A DNA stretch of 24,851 nt from a virus. Its lineage: Duplodnaviria > Caudoviricetes. The stretch's first letter is position 1. Each line of letters starts with the position of its first letter. The position numbers and the translations under genes are program-made. The notes under the pieces were generated by a model. That model saw only the letters and a list, made by a program, of their open reading frames with translations, was not told the origin of the DNA and ran no database searches. The stretch covers positions 1-24,851 of IMG/VR virus record IMGVR_UViG_3300043427_000106; one strand, written 5' to 3'. Shown here one piece after another: positions 1 through 8,504 of the stretch.

Positions 1-2
1 GG

Positions 3-452
3 CTGGACAACATGGCCTGGGTGCAGTCCAGTTTGAAGAAGGTGGGGACACTGCCGACTGCGGGGATTGCGCTGAAGTTAAAGATGCATGAGGCACTGGC
101 TGCGATGCTGAACGGCAGTGCGACCAGGCTTGATGTGGATGCGTTGATTTCGGCGGTAAATGTGGCCGAGGCGCTGATCAAGGTAAGGGCTGACCTGGGG
201 CGAGATTGGGCGGTGGAGATCAAGGCCGCGCAAGACGCCATCCATGAAATGGGGGTCAGGGGTTACAAAAGAGACAGGTTTTTGTTCACGGGGCCAGAGA
301 TGTCGATGGTGAAGGTGGTGGTTGAGTTGCACGACCAGCAGCTTGATAACTGCACCGTCAAGGAGATGGAGCAGGCGCTGTTCATTGTGGATGAGGTGAT
401 CAGGATGAAGATGGCTAGGGCCATCATCCCTGCCGACAAACTGGCCGCATAA
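3..452 (+). CDS. Hypothetical helical phage protein, probably 5'-truncated by the window edge
   Basis: The frame is open from base 3 (CTG GAC AAC ATG) through the ATG at 12 to TAA at 450-452. It lies directly upstream of terL. No recognisable catalytic motif. Confidence 0.75.
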   Translation: MDNMAWVQSSLKKVGTLPTAGIALKLKMHEALAAMLNGSATRLDVDALISAVNVAEALIKVRADLGRDWAVEIKAAQDAIHEMGVRGYKRDRFLFTGPEMSMVKVVVELHDQQLDNCTVKEMEQALFIVDEVIRMKMARAIIPADKLAA

Positions 453-461
453 TTGACGCCT

Positions 462-1874
462 ATGGCAAAAACAGAAAATGTGTTTCAGCAGTGGGTGGAC
501 AGGTATCACCCTGACCCGGTGCTGTTTGTGCGGGAGGTGCTGGGGGTGGACCCTGACCCCTGGCAGGTAAAGTTCTTGGGGGCGATTGCCCGTGGGGACA
601 GGAAGATCTCAGTCCGCAGTGGCCACGGCGTGGGCAAGTCCACAGCATCAAGCTGGGCCATGCTGTGGTACTTCATGACCCGCAGCCCGGTCAAGGTGGT
701 GGTGACCGCGCCGACCAGCAGCCAACTGTATGACGCCATGTTTGCTGAACTCAAGCGGTGGATCAACGCCATGCCTGCCCCACTCCAAGGCTTGCTGACT
801 GTAAAGCAAGAGAGGATCGAGTTCAACGCTGCGCCGACTGAAATGTTTATTTCGGCACGAACCAGCAGGGCCGAGCAGCCTGAAGCATTGCAGGGCATTC
901 ACTCTGAGTATGTGATGCTGGTGGCCGATGAGGCGTCAGGCGTGCCGGAGCAGGTGTTTGAGGCGGCGGCAGGCTCAATGTCTGGACACAATGCTGTGAC
1001 GCTACTGCTGGGCAACCCGGTGCGGTCCAGCGGTTTCTTCTACGACACCCACACCCGCCTGTCTGGTGAGTGGACCACCTTCCAGGTGGCGTGTACGGAT
1101 TCGCCACGGGTGAGTGATGAGTATGTGAAGGAGATGGCGCAGCGGTATGGCGAGGACAGTAACGTGTATCGGATTCGCGTGATCGGGGAGTTCCCGAAGG
1201 GCGATGACGATACGGTGATTGCGATGGACCTGCTCGAAAGTGCGCTGCACCGGGATGTGGCGGCCAGCATGTCGGCGCCCATGGTGTGGGGGCTGGACGT
1301 TGCGCGGTTTGGCAGTGACAGGTCAGCCCTGTGCAAACGGCAGGGCAACGTGGTGACCGAGAGCATCCGCACTTGGAAGAATCTGGACTTGATGCAACTG
1401 ACGGGGGCGGTGGTGGCCGAGTACAACGTGCTGCCGCCAAGCCAGCAGCCCAAAGAAATCTTGGTGGACAGCATTGGCCTGGGTGCTGGCGTGGTGGATC
1501 GCCTGCGCGAGTTGGGCCTGCCAGCCAGGGGGATTAACGTCAGCGAATCGCCAGCCATGGGCGGGACGTACAGGAACCTGAAGGCTGAGCTTTGGTACAG
1601 GGCAAAGGCGTGGCTGGAGGCCAGGGATTGCAAGCTGGCCAAGGATGAGGTGCTGATCAGCGAGTTGGCCACGGTGCGCTACAGCTTCACCAGCAACGGC
1701 AAGATCCAGATCGAGGGCAAGGACGAGATCAGAAAGCGCGGCCTGCCAAGCCCTGACAAGGCCGATGCGTTTGTCTTGACGTTTGCAAGCGATGCAATTG
1801 CCGGGATGTACGGGTCAGCGGCCAGCAACAAGTGGAGCCAGCCGCTGCGCCGAAACCTGTCGAGAGTCGCATAA
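462..1874 (+). CDS. terL: Terminase large subunit
   Basis: Walker A (VRSGHGVGKS), VVVTAPT motif, Walker B (LVADEASG), coupling motif (LLGNP), RNase H-like nuclease (GLDVARFGSD, VDSIG, SPDKADA). ATG 462 is preferred over TTG 453. Confidence 0.96.
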   Translation: MAKTENVFQQWVDRYHPDPVLFVREVLGVDPDPWQVKFLGAIARGDRKISVRSGHGVGKSTASSWAMLWYFMTRSPVKVVVTAPTSSQLYDAMFAELKRWINAMPAPLQGLLTVKQERIEFNAAPTEMFISARTSRAEQPEALQGIHSEYVMLVADEASGVPEQVFEAAAGSMSGHNAVTLLLGNPVRSSGFFYDTHTRLSGEWTTFQVACTDSPRVSDEYVKEMAQRYGEDSNVYRIRVIGEFPKGDDDTVIAMDLLESALHRDVAASMSAPMVWGLDVARFGSDRSALCKRQGNVVTESIRTWKNLDLMQLTGAVVAEYNVLPPSQQPKEILVDSIGLGAGVVDRLRELGLPARGINVSESPAMGGTYRNLKAELWYRAKAWLEARDCKLAKDEVLISELATVRYSFTSNGKIQIEGKDEIRKRGLPSPDKADAFVLTFASDAIAGMYGSAASNKWSQPLRRNLSRVA

Positions 1875-1899
1875 TCTGGGCAATCAACTGGAGAATTTA

Positions 1900-2370
1900 A
1901 TGGCCACAATGCAGCGCACCATGGAACAAGCCATGGACCGTGAGGGTGATGACATGGAAGGCCAAGACTGCCCCATGCCAACGCAAGACATCACGCTGAA
2001 CTTGAAGAACCGCGCCAAGGCGATCACCAGCGCGGCCTATGGCCCTGAAAACCCGAAGCTGCCCAACAGCGCGTTTTGGGCGAAGAAGGCTGACCAGTGG
2101 GATGTGTCAGTCGATGACGCCAAGCAAAGCCTGTGCGGCAACTGCGCGGCATTTAATGTGTCGGACGGGATCAAGCAGTGCATTGCCGAGGGCATTGGCA
2201 TGGAGGCTGACCCATGGGGCACGATTGAGTTGGCCGACCTTGGCTATTGCGAGATCTTTGATTTCAAGTGCGCAGCCAGCCGCACCTGCGATGCATGGGT
2301 GGTGGGTGGCCCCAATACGGGTGAGCAAGATGGTGAGGACATGGAATACGTTGAAGGAGACGAATCATGA
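1900..2370 (+). CDS. Acidic Cys-rich protein with a HiPIP-like metal/Fe-S ligand pattern
   Basis: GGAG SD at 1890-1893 precedes ATG 1900. Motifs CGNCAAF and GYCEIFDFKCAASRTCDAW; 7 Cys in total. Confidence 0.8.
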   Translation: MATMQRTMEQAMDREGDDMEGQDCPMPTQDITLNLKNRAKAITSAAYGPENPKLPNSAFWAKKADQWDVSVDDAKQSLCGNCAAFNVSDGIKQCIAEGIGMEADPWGTIELADLGYCEIFDFKCAASRTCDAWVVGGPNTGEQDGEDMEYVEGDES

Positions 2371-2522
2371 AAGGCTTGTATGAGAACATTCATCGAAAAC
2401 GTGCTCGAATTGAGGCTGGCTCTAAAGAGAAAATGCGACAGCCTGGAAGCAAGGGTGCGCCAACGGCTGCTGCTTTTAAGGCAGCGGCTAAAACGGCCAA
2501 GCCAGTGAAGTCCAAGAAATGA
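2367..2522 (+). CDS. Small, very basic phage protein (51 aa), absent from the ORF track
   Basis: AAGGAG SD; ATGA overlaps at both ends (2367-2370 and 2519-2522). Translation MKGLYENIHRKRARIEAGSKEKMRQPGSKGAPTAAAFKAAAKTAKPVKSKK. Confidence 0.85.
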   Translation: MKGLYENIHRKRARIEAGSKEKMRQPGSKGAPTAAAFKAAAKTAKPVKSKK

Positions 2523-3208
2523 TCCCTATCTGCATTGCGACTGTGCACGGCAAGGGTCTGGGCGTGCTGCTGGAGAGCATCCGGCAGTACGCACCAGAGC
2601 ATCCTGTGTACCTGCGCGGTCCTGAGTCGGTCATTGAAAAGTATGACGCGCACCTGAAAATCTACGGTCAGCCCAGCAACTTTGGAGACGATTACAACCA
2701 GGTCATCCATGCTGCGCTCAAGGATTACGACCAGGTGATCGTGGCCAACGATGACATCGTGCTGACGCCTGACAGCATCAAGGTGTTGTTGGAGGATGTG
2801 GGCATCATCAACACCATGCACAGCGTGCGTGCTGGCTGGGTGGCGTCACGGTCTGACGCAGCGCGGCCATGCCAGAATGTGCGGATCACTGACCAGCCAG
2901 AGCGGCTGCACTTTTACAAATTCCCGTCCGAGGCCCACATCAAGATGGTTGAGGAGGTCAGTCCCATCTTGGGCTGGATCAACAAGGAAGCGTTTGGCGA
3001 GGGATTCCCGCCTCTGAACTGGTACAGCGATGACGTGCATTGCCTGGACTTGCGCCAGCGCGGGTACAGCCACTTTGTGAGCGCCAGCTACGTGCACCAC
3101 ATCGGCAGCCACACCATCGGCTATGACGCCAAGAAGCTGCACGACCAGGCACTGCCTTGGCTTTTAACCCACCGACCTGAATATGCAAAAGCCTGGTTTG
3201 ACGCTTAA
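2519..3208 (+). CDS. GT-A fold (GT2-like) glycosyltransferase
   Basis: N-terminal strand IPICIAT, NFG..YN, DxD-like VIVANDDIVL, acceptor-base motif WYSDD, and C-terminal YVHHIGS. Confidence 0.8.
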   Translation: MIPICIATVHGKGLGVLLESIRQYAPEHPVYLRGPESVIEKYDAHLKIYGQPSNFGDDYNQVIHAALKDYDQVIVANDDIVLTPDSIKVLLEDVGIINTMHSVRAGWVASRSDAARPCQNVRITDQPERLHFYKFPSEAHIKMVEEVSPILGWINKEAFGEGFPPLNWYSDDVHCLDLRQRGYSHFVSASYVHHIGSHTIGYDAKKLHDQALPWLLTHRPEYAKAWFDA

Positions 3209-3716
3209 TCTTGGCTCCGGCAAGGATTGGCGCGAGGACTGTCTGAACGCAGACATTCAGGCTATCAAAGACCCGGATTGGCTGCTGGACATCACGAAAG
3301 TGCCGTGGGGATCGACCATCCGCACCAGGCTTGGCGAGTTGGACATCAAGCCGGGGATGTTTGAAACCATCCTGGCCAACGATGTGCTGGAGCACATCCC
3401 TGATCTGGTCACGGCCATGGCCAACTGCAAGGAACTGCTGCAAGTGGGTGGTCAGATGCACATCCATGTGCCGTATGACCTGAGTTATGGGGCATGGCAG
3501 GATCCCACCCATGTGCGTGCCTTCAACGAGAAGTCTTGGCTCTATTACACCGATTGGCACTGGTATTTAGGCTGGCCGGACAGATTTGAGATGACCCACA
3601 TGGAGATGAGGCTTTCTGAGGTCGGTCAAGCACTAAAATTGCCGCAAGAGGAAATCCTGCGCACACCACGGGCGGTGGATTCCATGTATGTCATTTTGAC
3701 AAAGGCACAGCCATGA
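3183..3716 (+). CDS. Class I SAM-dependent methyltransferase (type 11-like)
   Basis: Motif I LNLGSG, acidic NADI, LLDIT, motif IV ANDVLEHI, GGQMHIHVP, and AWQDPTHVRAF. Its stop overlaps the portal start (ATGA). Confidence 0.85.
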   Translation: MQKPGLTLNLGSGKDWREDCLNADIQAIKDPDWLLDITKVPWGSTIRTRLGELDIKPGMFETILANDVLEHIPDLVTAMANCKELLQVGGQMHIHVPYDLSYGAWQDPTHVRAFNEKSWLYYTDWHWYLGWPDRFEMTHMEMRLSEVGQALKLPQEEILRTPRAVDSMYVILTKAQP

Positions 3717-5926
3717 ACGAGCAAGACATCACTAACGCCATCACCACCGACATTGCGGCCACAAAGCCCATGGACGATGCGGAACTGGAAAGCATCATCG
3801 GGCAAGACCTGACAGATGCGGTCAGCTATGTTGACAGCGACCTGTCGCCAACACGCGCCAAGGGGACTGAGTATTACCGTGGCGACCTGTTTGGCAACGA
3901 GGTCGAGGGCAACTCCAAAGTGGTGGCTATGGAGGTGCGCGATACGGTCAGCGCCATGCTGCCCAGCCTGATGCGGGTTTTCTTCAATTCCGAGAATGTG
4001 GTGGAGTTCACACCGCGCGGCCCTGAAGATGTTGGGTCTGCGCAGCAGGCCACGGACTATGCCAACTACATTTTCCAAAACGACAACACTGGTTTTTTGA
4101 CCACTTACGCAATTTTCAAAGATGCGCTGGTGCGTAAATGCGGCATTGCCAAGTTTTGGTGGGAAGATGAAGAGCGCGTGCGCATCGAGGAGTACACCGG
4201 GTTGGACGAGCCAACCCTCCAGATTCTGATGCAAGAGCCTGGCGCTGAAGTCCAGATTGTGATGTCATACCCTGACCCCAACGTGGACGAGATGCAGATG
4301 ACCACGGTGGACCCGATGACGGGCCAGCCGGTGGTGATGCCTGCGCCGATGGTGCACGATGTGCAGATCAAGCGCATCACCAAGGATGGCCGCATCCGCA
4401 TCATGGCCGTGCCTCCAGAGGAGTTGCTGCTGGACAGACGCGCCCGGTCATTTGACGATGCCACCATCATTGCGCATCGGCAGATGGCCACCGTGGCCGA
4501 CCTGATCGCCATGGGCTATGACCAAGACGAGATCGAAGAAAACTTGATGTCCAATGACTTGGATAGCAACGATGAGTATCTGGCGCGCCAGCCGCTGTCC
4601 ACCACGTTTGGCACGAATGACGCAGCCAACCCGATGATGCGCCGAGTGCTGTACATCGAGGCGTATGCGCGTGTGGACTATGACGGGGATGGCATTGCTG
4701 AGTTGCGCAAAGTCTGCTGCATGGGCGCAGGGTACAAGGTGGTGCGCAACTTGCCAGCAAGCTACATCCCCTTTGCTGATTTCCCATGTGACCCAGAGCC
4801 GCACACCAGCCCACTTGAGGCGATGTCCATTTTTGACATCACCCGCGACTTGCAAGAGATCAAGTCCGAGATCCTGCGCAACACGCTGGACAGCCTGGCT
4901 CAAAGCATTCACCCGCGCACAGCGGTGGTGGAGGGCCAAGTCAATATTGACGATGTGCTGAACAACGAGACGGGCGCGATCATTCGTATGCGTGCGCCAG
5001 GCATGGTCCAGCCACTGACAACGCCATTTGTCGGCCAGGCGGCATTCCCGATGATGGAATACATGGACCAGATCAAGGAAGACCGCACGGGCATGAGCAA
5101 AGCGGCCATGGGCCTGAATGCTGATGCCTTGCAGTCCAGCACCAAGGCGGCGGTGAATGCCACCATCAGTGCCAGCCAAGGCCGTATTGAGTTGACAGCA
5201 CGCATCTTGGCCGAGGGCATGAAGAAGCTGTTCAAGGGCATTTTGTTCTTGGTGACAACCCACCAGGACAAGGCACGCATGGTGCGTATGCGCAATGAGT
5301 GGGTGCAGATTGACCCTCGCGGCTGGGACGCTGGCATGGACGCCAACATCAACATTGCCTTGGGCAATGGCGACACCAACGAGCGCCTGCAAGCCTTGAT
5401 GATGATCTTGGCCAAGCAAGAGCAGATCTTGCAGCAGCTTGGCCCAACCAACCCATTGGTGACGCCACAGCAGTTTTCCAACACCTTGCGCAAGATTGTG
5501 GAGTTGTCCGGGTTCAAGGACTCGACCAGCTACTTTCAGGCCATCCCTGCTGACTATGTGCCGCCAGCGCCACCACAGCCCAAGCCAAGCCCAGAGGAGA
5601 TTTTGGCGCAAGTGCAGGCTGAGAGCATCAAGGCCGATATCCAGAAAAAGGCTGCTGATTTGGAACTCCAGCGCCAGCAAATGATCATGGATGACGATTT
5701 GAAGCGTGATCAAATGGCGCAAGACCTGTATCTCAAGAAGTATGAAATTGAGTTAAAGTACAACTCACAGATCAGTACAGCCGAAATTGATGCGGCCCAG
5801 AATATTGATCGTGAAGCGATTCGCCAGCAGGCGCTTTTGGCCCAGCAACAAGCAGCACAGTTTGTGCAGCAGCAGCCACCAGCCCCGATGGCGACACCAT
5901 CAACCTTTAACGGAATGGCACAGTGA
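3713..5926 (+). CDS. Portal protein (P22-like, 737 aa)
   Basis: Size and position between terL and scaffold/capsid; EYYRG, DALVRKCGIAK, EDRTGMS motifs; Gln-rich coiled-coil C-terminal barrel region. Confidence 0.92.
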   Translation: MNEQDITNAITTDIAATKPMDDAELESIIGQDLTDAVSYVDSDLSPTRAKGTEYYRGDLFGNEVEGNSKVVAMEVRDTVSAMLPSLMRVFFNSENVVEFTPRGPEDVGSAQQATDYANYIFQNDNTGFLTTYAIFKDALVRKCGIAKFWWEDEERVRIEEYTGLDEPTLQILMQEPGAEVQIVMSYPDPNVDEMQMTTVDPMTGQPVVMPAPMVHDVQIKRITKDGRIRIMAVPPEELLLDRRARSFDDATIIAHRQMATVADLIAMGYDQDEIEENLMSNDLDSNDEYLARQPLSTTFGTNDAANPMMRRVLYIEAYARVDYDGDGIAELRKVCCMGAGYKVVRNLPASYIPFADFPCDPEPHTSPLEAMSIFDITRDLQEIKSEILRNTLDSLAQSIHPRTAVVEGQVNIDDVLNNETGAIIRMRAPGMVQPLTTPFVGQAAFPMMEYMDQIKEDRTGMSKAAMGLNADALQSSTKAAVNATISASQGRIELTARILAEGMKKLFKGILFLVTTHQDKARMVRMRNEWVQIDPRGWDAGMDANINIALGNGDTNERLQALMMILAKQEQILQQLGPTNPLVTPQQFSNTLRKIVELSGFKDSTSYFQAIPADYVPPAPPQPKPSPEEILAQVQAESIKADIQKKAADLELQRQQMIMDDDLKRDQMAQDLYLKKYEIELKYNSQISTAEIDAAQNIDREAIRQQALLAQQQAAQFVQQQPPAPMATPSTFNGMAQ

Positions 5927-6186
5927 GTACAAACGAAGACCAAGTACGCAAGGGACGCAAGGCCCAGCAGATTCTTGAGGACGAAACCCTCAACACTGCA
6001 ATTGCAAAATTAGAAAACGATCAACTTTGGTTGTTTCGATCCTCGAAACCCGAAGAGTCGGCAAAGCGTGAAACGGCGTGGTGCATGTTGCAGGCCATTG
6101 ATGGATTGCGGCAGGAACTTATCAAGATCATGGACAACGGCAAGATTGCGCAGAAGTCCATTGACCGTTTACCTAAACTGATTTAA
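5923..6186 (+). CDS. Small helical protein between portal and scaffold
   Basis: GTGA overlap with the portal stop; 87-aa amphipathic helical sequence. Confidence 0.75.
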   Translation: MSTNEDQVRKGRKAQQILEDETLNTAIAKLENDQLWLFRSSKPEESAKRETAWCMLQAIDGLRQELIKIMDNGKIAQKSIDRLPKLI

Positions 6187-6190
6187 GACT

Positions 6191-7171
6191 ATGGCAGAAA
6201 TACAAGCAATGAATATGGCCGATGCGGCCAGTGCTATCTCGGCAATGTTGGCCCCCGAAGAGGGACAAGCGCAAGTTGACGAGACGCAGCCAGCCGAAGT
6301 GTCTGATGAGGACACCGAGGCAGCGGCCTCTGAGGAGGATGAGTCTGGTGTGGAAGACGCGCCAGATGAAGAAACCTTAGAGGAACAGTCCGAGGAAAGT
6401 GATGAATCCGAGGAGCAAGACCAGCCACAGACTTTCACCGTCAAGGTAGATGGCAAGGAAGTCGCTGTGACGCTGGACGAACTCCAAAAGGGTTACTCAC
6501 GCACCCAGGACTACACCCGAAAGACGCAGCAGATTGCCGAAGTGCGCAAGCAAGTCGAGCAAGAAACGCAGGCGATTCGGGCCGAGCGTGAGCAGTACGC
6601 TCAGTTGTTGGGAGCATTGCAAGCCCAGCTTCAAACGTCAGAGCCGCAAGTCGATTTGGAACGTCTTTACCATGAAGACCCAATCGAGTGGGTGCGGCAG
6701 AAAGAGGTCTTGCGGGATCGACAGGAAAAGGCATACGCTATTCAGGCCGAGCAGCAGCGCCTTTCTCAGTTGAGCCAGCAAGAGCAGCAGCGTGCCATGG
6801 AGGCGCATCTTGAAAGCCAAAAAGATGCGCTGTTGGCGGCATTGCCTGAGTGGAGAGATCCAAAGAAGGCAAAGGCCGAAAAGGCGCTGGTGCTGGAGTC
6901 TGCCAAATCGGTGGGCTTCTCCGACGATGATTTGAAGAGCGTTTACGACCACAGGTTGGTGCTGTTGCTGCGTAAAGCGGCGATGTACGACCAGATGGTG
7001 AGTAAGCGTCAGGACATCAAGCCTGTGGTGAACAATGGCCCACGAACCGCCAAGCCTGGTGCAGCGGGTCGGGTTTCGACAACAACAGAGGCCACTCGCG
7101 CAAAGCAGCGTCTTGCAAAAACTGGCCGTGTCGATGATGCGGCTTCTGCAATTGAACTTTTATTGAGGTAA
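6191..7171 (+). CDS. Capsid scaffolding protein
   Basis: Highly acidic N-terminus, FTVKVDGKEVAVTLDELQKGYSRTQDYTRKTQ motif, long coiled coil, basic C-terminus; immediately upstream of the capsid gene. Confidence 0.88.
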   Translation: MAEIQAMNMADAASAISAMLAPEEGQAQVDETQPAEVSDEDTEAAASEEDESGVEDAPDEETLEEQSEESDESEEQDQPQTFTVKVDGKEVAVTLDELQKGYSRTQDYTRKTQQIAEVRKQVEQETQAIRAEREQYAQLLGALQAQLQTSEPQVDLERLYHEDPIEWVRQKEVLRDRQEKAYAIQAEQQRLSQLSQQEQQRAMEAHLESQKDALLAALPEWRDPKKAKAEKALVLESAKSVGFSDDDLKSVYDHRLVLLLRKAAMYDQMVSKRQDIKPVVNNGPRTAKPGAAGRVSTTTEATRAKQRLAKTGRVDDAASAIELLLR

Positions 7172-7176
7172 TCAAA

Positions 7177-8139
7177 ATGGCAATCGTCGCTAATACGTTC
7201 ACCACATACTCCGCAAAGGGTATCCGTGAAGACCTGTCCAATGTGATCACAAACATTGCACCCGAAGAAACCCCTTACATGAGCAACATTGGCCGTGAAA
7301 ACGTGTCCAACAGCTTGTACGAGTGGCAAACCGACACCCTGGCCTCCGCTGCTGCTAACGCACAGTTGGAAGGCGATGATGTCAGCAGCTTTGATGCTGT
7401 CGTGCCTACTGTGCGTCTGCAAAACTACGCACAGATCAGCCGCAAGACAATAATTTTGTCGGCCACTGAAGAAGTAGTAAATAAGGCAGGCAGACGCTCT
7501 GAAATTGCATACCAAATAGCCAAGCGCGGTGCAGAGCTAAAGCGTGACCAAGAGTTCTCCATGCTGAACGGCGCCGTGGCCGCTGCTGGTGACACCACCA
7601 CTGCCCGTGCAACTGCCTCGCTCGGCGCGTTTGTGAAAACAAACACCGACAAGCAGACCAACGGTGTTGACCCATCGTACACCACGCTGCCAACCAGCGC
7701 CCGTACCGATGGCAACGTGCGTACCTTCACCGAGACGATCTTGAAGAACGTCATCCAGAAGGTGTGGTCGCAGGGTGGCACACCAAAGATTTTGATGTGC
7801 GGTCCTGTCAACAAGCAGCGCGTGTCCAGCTTCTCTGGTATTGCTTCCAGCCGCTTCAACATTGACGGTGGTGCAAAGCCTGCAACTCTGGTCGGTGCTG
7901 TCGATATCTACGTTTCCGATTTCGGCAACGTGCAGGTGATCGCCAACCGCTTCCAGCGTGAGCGTGACGCTTGGGTGATTGATCCTGACTACGCCAAGAT
8001 GACCGTGCTGCGTCCTTACCAGCAAGTCGAATTGGCCAAGACAGGCGACGCCGAAAAGCGTATGCTGATCGTGGAATGGGGCCACAAGGTCTTGGCTGAA
8101 AACGCCCACGGCCTGGCCGCTGACCTGGTTACTTCTTGA
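7177..8139 (+). CDS. Major capsid protein (DUF5309/SU10-like, HK97 fold)
   Basis: GAGGT SD; REDLSNVI..I.PEETP, EWQTD, NYAQI, ELKRDQE, YVSDFG and LAKTGD motifs; followed by an intrinsic terminator. Confidence 0.93.
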   Translation: MAIVANTFTTYSAKGIREDLSNVITNIAPEETPYMSNIGRENVSNSLYEWQTDTLASAAANAQLEGDDVSSFDAVVPTVRLQNYAQISRKTIILSATEEVVNKAGRRSEIAYQIAKRGAELKRDQEFSMLNGAVAAAGDTTTARATASLGAFVKTNTDKQTNGVDPSYTTLPTSARTDGNVRTFTETILKNVIQKVWSQGGTPKILMCGPVNKQRVSSFSGIASSRFNIDGGAKPATLVGAVDIYVSDFGNVQVIANRFQRERDAWVIDPDYAKMTVLRPYQQVELAKTGDAEKRMLIVEWGHKVLAENAHGLAADLVTS

Positions 8140-8153
8140 TTTGAAGCCAACGG

Positions 8154-8183
8154 AAAAGGCCAGGGAAACCTGGCCTTTTTTTT
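8154..8183 (+). terminator. Rho-independent terminator after the capsid gene
   Basis: AAAAGGCCAGG-GAAA-CCTGGCCTTTT perfect hairpin with a GNRA loop and an 8-T tract (8176-8183). Confidence 0.92.
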
Positions 8184-8186
8184 AAG

Positions 8187-8504
8187 ATGATCCACAGACG
8201 AATTTTTGACCAGAACAAAGAGCAGGGCATCACACGGTATTGGCATGAGAATGCCGAGACAGGTGATGTGACTATTGAGACACAGCAAGACGTCACGGCT
8301 GTGATTGAGGCCAACAAAGCCATTTACAATGCAGTTGACGAGAAAGCCAATTGGACAGGGGAATGGCACTTGGTCGCAAGCATTCCAGAAGCCTTGTATT
8401 ACAAGATGAAGGCCGAGGGAAAGATTGACGATCAGGCGTACATGAAGAAATGGCTCAACGATTCTGACAACCAATTTTTTAGGACTCGACCAGGAAAAGT
8501 ATGA
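8187..8504 (+). CDS. Hypothetical protein downstream of the capsid gene
   Basis: 105-aa ORF (QDVTAVIEANK, WHLVASIP, KKWLND..N..FRT) with ATGA overlap to the next gene. The exact start is uncertain because no SD is visible. Confidence 0.8.
   Translation: MIHRRIFDQNKEQGITRYWHENAETGDVTIETQQDVTAVIEANKAIYNAVDEKANWTGEWHLVASIPEALYYKMKAEGKIDDQAYMKKWLNDSDNQFFRTRPGKV

Noticed and set aside
1783-1899. Longer ORF-track starts (1783, 13383, 23946, 24239)
   Set aside because: They overlap upstream genes extensively. The downstream ATGs have SD sequences or ATGA coupling.
2519-3716. GtrABC-type serotype conversion cassette
   Set aside because: There is no flippase or polytopic membrane transferase, and the GTs lack TM helices.
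4448-5722. 424-aa minus-strand ORF, and similar ones at 8432-9472, 10680-11531 and 16150-17109
   Set aside because: These are antisense shadows of well-supported + strand genes, explained by codon bias, with no motifs or RBS.
8130-8190. Capsid stop readthrough or frameshift extension
   Set aside because: Readthrough meets another TGA at 8188-8190, out of frame with the 8187 gene, and there is no slippery sequence before the stop.
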